Under the pieces are notes generated by a model that did no database searches, was not told the origin of the DNA, and worked only from the letters and a program-made list of their open reading frames with translations. The position numbers were made by a program, and so were the translations under genes. DNA of 64,000 nt from Beijerinckiaceae bacterium (GTDB lineage Bacteria > Pseudomonadota > Alphaproteobacteria > Rhizobiales > Beijerinckiaceae): the NCBI GenBank assembly GCA_036556825.1, contig DATBIR010000056.1, positions 4,163-68,162 of the forward strand, read 5' to 3'. Positions 59,369 to 64,000 of this stretch are shown piece by piece (the stretch's first letter is position 1; each line of letters opens with the position of its first letter).

Positions 59369-59848
59369 TCACGGCCGGCGATGGATCGGGTCGACCCAGT
59401 AGACCGCCTCGGGCGCCTCGGCCGGCTCGATATTCGGAAGGTTCACGACCACAGCCTCGTTGTCCGAGCGGATCACCACGCATTCGAGGGGCTCGTCCGA
59501 GCTGGCGTTGATCTCCTGATGCGGGACGTATGGCGGCACGAAGATAAAATCGCCCGGATCTGCCTCGGCGACGAATTCCAGACGCTCGCCCCAACGCATG
59601 CGCGCCCTGCCCTTCACCACGTAGATCACGCTCTCGAGCTCGCCGTGATGGTGGGCGCCGGTCTTGGCATTGGGCTGGATCGACACGGTTCCGGCCCAGA
59701 TCTTCTGCGCGCCGACCCGGGCATGGTTGATCGCCGCTTGCCGGTACATGCCGGGGGTCTGTGCGGTATTCGGATCGAGTTGCTCGCCCCTGATCACGCG
59801 CACGCCGTCATGCTTCCAGCGTGGCTCGTCGCCATGATGACCGCTCAT
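59369..59848 (-). CDS. Cupin-domain protein
   Basis: NTAQTPGM, GAHHHGELES, GDFIFVPPYVPHQE. Confidence 0.9.
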   Translation of the reverse strand: MSGHHGDEPRWKHDGVRVIRGEQLDPNTAQTPGMYRQAAINHARVGAQKIWAGTVSIQPNAKTGAHHHGELESVIYVVKGRARMRWGERLEFVAEADPGDFIFVPPYVPHQEINASSDEPLECVVIRSDNEAVVVNLPNIEPAEAPEAVYWVDPIHRRP

Positions 59849-59942
59849 CGCTCTCCTCCAACACAAATGTGAACGGCGATCGTAGCCGCACGAGGCGCGC
59901 GTGTTGAGTCCGGCGGCCCCGGACGGTAACAGAGCGACGCGC

Positions 59943-60530
59943 ATGATGCCCGACAACCCGCAACCGTCGTCCACCGCCCCAACCGTCGCATCGGTCTCGC
60001 TGCTCCAGCTGTTCCTGATGGCCTTCCAGATCGGCATCTTCAGTTTCGGGGGCGGGCTGACCGGCTGGATCTTTCAGGACACGGTCGTACGCCGGCGCTG
60101 GATGAGCGAGGACGAGTTCCTCAGCGGCCTTGCGCTGTGCCAGGTCCTACCCGGCATCAACGTTGCGAACCTGATGGTCTATATCGGCTATCGGCTGCGC
60201 GGCTTCCTGGGCTCGATCGTCGCGCTCGTCGGCCTGCTCGTCGGCCCGTTTTTCATCGTGATCGGGCTCGTGATGGTCTATGAGCGGATCGCCGGCGTGT
60301 CGTGGGTGCACGCGCTCATGGACGGCGCTGCGGCGGCCGCCCTCGGCCTCCTGTTCCTGATCGGCTTCAAGGCCGCGGCGCGCGTCGGCCGACGCCCCTG
60401 GGCCCTGGCGATCCTGGTGGTGGTCGTGGTGACGGTCGGGTTTCTGCAATGGCCGCTGGTGCCGGTCGCCCTCGGCCTGGCGCCGTTCAGCGTTGCCATG
60501 GCCTGGTGGAGCGCGCCGCCCGATGCGTGA
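59943..60530 (+). CDS. Short-chain chromate transporter (CHR family), subunit 1
   Basis: SFGGG, W...DEF, QVLPG. Confidence 0.9.
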   Translation: MMPDNPQPSSTAPTVASVSLLQLFLMAFQIGIFSFGGGLTGWIFQDTVVRRRWMSEDEFLSGLALCQVLPGINVANLMVYIGYRLRGFLGSIVALVGLLVGPFFIVIGLVMVYERIAGVSWVHALMDGAAAAALGLLFLIGFKAAARVGRRPWALAILVVVVVTVGFLQWPLVPVALGLAPFSVAMAWWSAPPDA

Positions 60531-61062
60531 CAACCCCTACTGGGTCCTGATCGTCGTCTTCGTGCCGTTCTCGCTCGTCTCCCTGGGCGGGGGTGCAAGC
60601 ATCTTCGCCGGCATCCAGCACGAAGCGGTCGAGGTGCACCATTGGGTGAACTCGCGCGAGTTCATCGATCTGTTCGCGCTTGCACGCGGCGCGCCAGGTC
60701 CGGGCTCGATGCTGGTCACCGTGCTGGGCTACAAGGTGGCGGGATGGTCGGGGGCGCTCGTGGCGACGCTCGCCTTGTTCGTCCCGGCCTCCCTCCTTTG
60801 CTACGCGGTGGCACGCGTCTGGAACGCGCACCGCGGCAAGCGCTGGCACCAGGCGCTCGAAACCGGCCTGGCGCCGATCGCTACGGGGCTCGTCATCGCT
60901 GGCGCGATCGCCATCATGCGCATGGCCGGCGCAACCGCGCTGTCGTGGATCGTCGCGGGAGGCGCGGCCCTCGTCCTGGCGCGCTGGCCGCGCGTGCATC
61001 CGCTCCTGCTGCTGGCCGGCGGGGGCGCCCTCTTCATCGCCTCCCAGTTCGTGCCGGCCTGA
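60523..61062 (+). CDS. Short-chain chromate transporter (CHR family), subunit 2
   Basis: SLGGG, ARGAPGPG; overlaps the upstream stop codon. Confidence 0.9.
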   Translation: MRDNPYWVLIVVFVPFSLVSLGGGASIFAGIQHEAVEVHHWVNSREFIDLFALARGAPGPGSMLVTVLGYKVAGWSGALVATLALFVPASLLCYAVARVWNAHRGKRWHQALETGLAPIATGLVIAGAIAIMRMAGATALSWIVAGGAALVLARWPRVHPLLLLAGGGALFIASQFVPA

Positions 61063-61069
61063 CGGACGC

Positions 61070-61290
61070 TAGTTGGGGATCAATTCGGATTGAATCGATC
61101 CCGCTCTCCTACTCTTTGTGTCGCATGGTCCCGGATCGAGTCCGGGACAAGCCTTTTTCGGCAAAGCGGTGTCCACTTTGCCGGATCATGCTCGAGGGGG
61201 CGGACAATCGCGCCGGCCTGAGACGGTCCCGGCTCCTTGGATCGCGTAATCTCGTTCGGCAAAGCGGTGTCCACGTTGCCGGATCATGCT
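61070..61290. repeat. Tandem copies of the rhizobial palindromic repeat
   Basis: Matches 38169-38260. The 36-mer ttcggcaaagcggtgtccac(t/g)ttgccggatcatgct occurs at 61157 and 61255. Confidence 0.8.
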
Positions 61291-62283
61291 TCAGATCTTG
61301 AAGGCCTCGAGCGTCTCGGGCGCGAACAGATCTTCGGGCTGCAGCTGCCGTTTCGAGAGCCCCTGCTCGTAGTGGTAGCGCAGGAAGGTGGCGAGCGTCT
61401 CGCGATTCTTCTCGAAGCCGTAAGACCAGAAATCCTCGCCCATCTCGCGGCGGGTCTCCTCGATATAGGCGTGCGCCCACGGCAGCATCGCCTTGAGAGC
61501 CGCGGTCTCCTTGAGGTCCTCGTAGGTGAGGCGCTGCGCCTCGATGAAGGCCTTGTTGAGGGCCTGCGCCACCCAGCGGTTCTGCTCGTAGATCTCGCGG
61601 CGGATCACGACGGTGTGCATGATCGGGAAGATGCCGGTCTTGCGGTAATAATCGCGCTCGACCTCGACGTAATTTTCGAAAAGGCGTCCGACCCGGTCGC
61701 TGGCGGTCTCATAGGTTGACGGCTTGCGCGCCGTGTAGAACGCATCGATCTCGCCGTCGCGCAGCATCTGCGACAAGGTCTTGCCCGGCCCGATCGGCTC
61801 GACCCTGAAGTTGGACGGCAGGTTCAGCTTGATCTTCTCGATACGGTCGGGCTCTTCCTCACCGCCAATAAAATAATTCGGGCTGTCGACCGGCACGCCG
61901 TAGTGCTCCGAGAGGATGCCGCGGATCCAGACCGGTGCGGTCATCTGGTATTCCGGCGTGCCAATGCGCTTGCCGATCAGATCCTTCGGCGTTCTGATGC
62001 CGGAATTCTTGTTGATGTAGATGCACGAGTGCCGGAAGAAGCGAGACGGGAAGACCGGGATGGCGATGAACGGCCGCGCCTCGGAGTTCAACGACACGGT
62101 GTACGACGACAGCGACATCTCGGCGATGTCGAACTCGCGATAGCGCGCCATGCGGAAGAACGTCTCCTCAACCGGCATGGTGAGGTAGTTGATGTCGATC
62201 CCGTCGGGACGCACCGTGCCATCCGCAAGCGCGCGCGTGCGGTCGTAATTCCAGCAGCCGAGAGTGAGCGCGAGCTTGGCCAT
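61291..62283 (-). CDS. 4,5-dihydroxyphthalate decarboxylase-like protein (periplasmic-binding fold, no signal peptide)
   Basis: YDRT.AL.DG, EETFFR, EMSLSSY, PVFPSR.FRHS, EYQMTA.VW.RG, IFPIMH. Confidence 0.85.
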   Translation of the reverse strand: MAKLALTLGCWNYDRTRALADGTVRPDGIDINYLTMPVEETFFRMARYREFDIAEMSLSSYTVSLNSEARPFIAIPVFPSRFFRHSCIYINKNSGIRTPKDLIGKRIGTPEYQMTAPVWIRGILSEHYGVPVDSPNYFIGGEEEPDRIEKIKLNLPSNFRVEPIGPGKTLSQMLRDGEIDAFYTARKPSTYETASDRVGRLFENYVEVERDYYRKTGIFPIMHTVVIRREIYEQNRWVAQALNKAFIEAQRLTYEDLKETAALKAMLPWAHAYIEETRREMGEDFWSYGFEKNRETLATFLRYHYEQGLSKRQLQPEDLFAPETLEAFKI

Positions 62284-62321
62284 CGCCAATCCTTGCCTTC
62301 AGTTAACGCGGTTGTATCGCT

Positions 62322-62437
62322 CGGAGCGGGATCGGTTCGCGTTTGAACCGGTCCCGCTCCGCTTGTCCATAGCGCATGATTTGGCGGCGGCGGTGCCCGC
62401 GACGCATCACGTCCATGCAGGCCTGCGCGGATCATGC
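62322..62437. repeat. Further degenerate copy of the palindromic repeat
   Basis: cggagcgggatcggttc/gaaccggtcccgctccg hairpin, then gcatga...ggatcatgct. Confidence 0.6.
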
Positions 62438-63448
62438 TTAGTAAAACTGGTCGAAATGCACCTGTCCCTGCGGTACCTTCATCGCGACGAGCATTTGCTG
62501 CACGGCGTCGGCCATCGCCGGGGGGCCGGCAAAATAGATCTCGAAGTTGGACAGGTTCTCGCCGTGCATTTCCTGCGCGACGGCATGGACGAACCCGACG
62601 CGGCCCGTCCAATTCGTCTCGGGATCGGCGTCCGGCATCGAGATCGCCGGATGATAAAAGATGCGCTCGCCGAAGCCGGGCAGGCAGCGCAGCATCGGCT
62701 CGCCGCAGATGTCGCGCGCGGCGCGGCCGCCATACACGAAGTGAAGGGCGCGGCCGGCGAGCTTGTCGCTGCGCGCAAAGCCGCGCGCGATCGAGATCAT
62801 CGGCGACAGGCCGGAGCCGCCCGCCAGGCAGAGAAGGTCGCGCGGCGCGTCCTCGCGCAGATAGGCCATGCCAAACGGCCCGTCGACCTTGATGCTGTCT
62901 CCGACGGCAATGCCGCCGAACAGCTTCGCCGTCGCCGCGCCGTTCGGAACGAGCTTGATCTGGAAGTGCCACTCGGCGCCGTCATCCGTAATGTTGCACA
63001 TGGAGTAGGCGCGCGCCCCCTCCACGCCGGGCACGTACAACAAGGCGTATTGGCCGGGCAGGAACGGCGCCGGATCGGCCAGGCGGAAGCGAAACTCGCG
63101 GATGTCGTGCGTGACGTCCTCGACCTCGAACAGGCGCGCCTGTGTCCGCACGGGCTTGTGCAAGCTCTTGTAATGGTCGCGCAGGTTCACCTTGATGCGG
63201 CAGTCGGAATGCGGACGGGCCTGACAGCCGAGGTAACGCTTGCGCTGCCGGTCGCGCTCGTTCCACGCCGGCGCGTCGACACGATCGTGGGCGACCTCGC
63301 CTTCGAGCAGTTCGAAACGGCAGTTGCCGCACGAGCCGACATTGCACTCGTATGGGAAGCCGAGCCCGTTGCGCAGGGCGGCGCGCAAAATCGTGTCGTC
63401 ATTGCAATCAAATGCAATGTCGGTGCCGGTGATATTGATCTGAGCCAT
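62438..63448 (-). CDS. [2Fe-2S]/FAD/NAD oxygenase reductase (TmoF/DmpP-like)
   Basis: CNVGSCGNC, RAYS, GPFG, AGGSGLSP, AGPP, terminal DQFY. Confidence 0.92.
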   Translation of the reverse strand: MAQINITGTDIAFDCNDDTILRAALRNGLGFPYECNVGSCGNCRFELLEGEVAHDRVDAPAWNERDRQRKRYLGCQARPHSDCRIKVNLRDHYKSLHKPVRTQARLFEVEDVTHDIREFRFRLADPAPFLPGQYALLYVPGVEGARAYSMCNITDDGAEWHFQIKLVPNGAATAKLFGGIAVGDSIKVDGPFGMAYLREDAPRDLLCLAGGSGLSPMISIARGFARSDKLAGRALHFVYGGRAARDICGEPMLRCLPGFGERIFYHPAISMPDADPETNWTGRVGFVHAVAQEMHGENLSNFEIYFAGPPAMADAVQQMLVAMKVPQGQVHFDQFY

Positions 63449-63485
63449 GAGCTGTATATGTGAAAAGGGGTCAAGGGGTGATGGG

Positions 63486-64000
63486 CTAAAACGTGGCGCC
63501 TGAGCGATAACCGAGCCGGACGGAAATCGCTTCGGCCGTCCTCACGACATGCGGCGCGAAGGAGGCGAGCACCTCGTCCGGAAGTCGCTGCACGGGCCCG
63601 GCGATGCCGACGGCGCCGACGACGTCGCGCGTCGCATTCCTCACCGGCGCCGCCACGCACCGCATGCCGGCTTCGCTTTCCTCGTCCTCGATCGCATAAC
63701 CGCGCTCGCGGACGGCGGCAAGCACCTCGCGCAGCCGCTGCGGGTCGGTGTTGGTCTTGGCCGTGCGCGGCCGGAGACCGCGCACGATGATGTCGTCGAC
63801 GAGGCTCTCCGGCTGGAAGGCGAGCATTGCCAGGCCTTCGGCCGTGCAATAGGCCGGCTTGCGCACGCCGATGTCGGAGCGCATGCGGATCGCCTGCGTG
63901 CTCTCCAGGTTGTAGACGTACATGATGTCCGTGCGCTCGAGGATGGCGAGGTGCACCGTCTCACCCGTCGTCTCGCGCAAGTCAAACAGATAAGGCTTGG
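63486..64000 (-). CDS. IclR family regulator, C-terminal part (5' end outside window)
   Basis: TGETVHL, YCTAEG, VRERGYA..DEE, CVAAPV. Confidence 0.93.
   Translation of the reverse strand, partial: KPYLFDLRETTGETVHLAILERTDIMYVYNLESTQAIRMRSDIGVRKPAYCTAEGLAMLAFQPESLVDDIIVRGLRPRTAKTNTDPQRLREVLAAVRERGYAIEDEESEAGMRCVAAPVRNATRDVVGAVGIAGPVQRLPDEVLASFAPHVVRTAEAISVRLGYRSGATF

Noticed and set aside
59943-61062. Split chromate transporter as a pseudogene
   Set aside because: Paired short-chain CHR genes are a known normal arrangement, and both ORFs are intact.
61157-61290. 36-bp direct repeat pair resembling CRISPR repeats
   Set aside because: Only two copies, 62 nt apart, with no cas genes. It is part of the dispersed palindromic repeat family.

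Overview
High-GC, gene-dense chromosomal window from an alphaproteobacterium of the Rhizobiales/Hyphomicrobiales type (Omp2b/RopA porin, Omp25/RopB, CtrA boxes, rhizobial palindromic repeats). I found no rRNA, tRNA, CRISPR array, transposase or phage genes. Blocks, left to right: (1) 1-7 kb, miscellaneous genes (PaiB fragment, coiled-coil protein behind a perfect CtrA box, exported alpha/beta hydrolase, stand-alone 5'-3' exonuclease, orphan TRAP SBP plus chemoreceptor); (2) 7-18.5 kb, a signalling island: REC-Hpt, OmpW, REC-GGDEF-EAL, two paralogous multi-TM histidine kinases, Omp25-like protein, DivK-like and CheY-like receivers, and a PLP-dependent alpha-oxoamine synthase. Its layout resembles alpha-hydroxyketone (CqsA/LqsA/JqsA) quorum sensing wired to c-di-GMP, and it is my best candidate for an undescribed system; (3) 20.5-33.6 kb, myo-inositol catabolism (iolBEDC, SDR, iolG) extended by an inositol monophosphatase and an AfuABC-type sugar-phosphate ABC transporter; (4) 36.7-46.7 kb, an orphan His-tailed EutA-like ATPase operon with a bicupin, an apparently split bicupin and an ABC transporter but no eutBC (second candidate); (5) a porin; (6) 49-64 kb, an uncharacterised catabolic island (Rieske, amidohydrolase, two ThDP enzymes, MarR, TTT SBPs, 2-hydroxyacid dehydrogenase, dihydroxyphthalate-decarboxylase-like protein, oxygenase reductase, IclR). 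All calls come from reading motifs by eye. No database searches were run, so novelty is untested.
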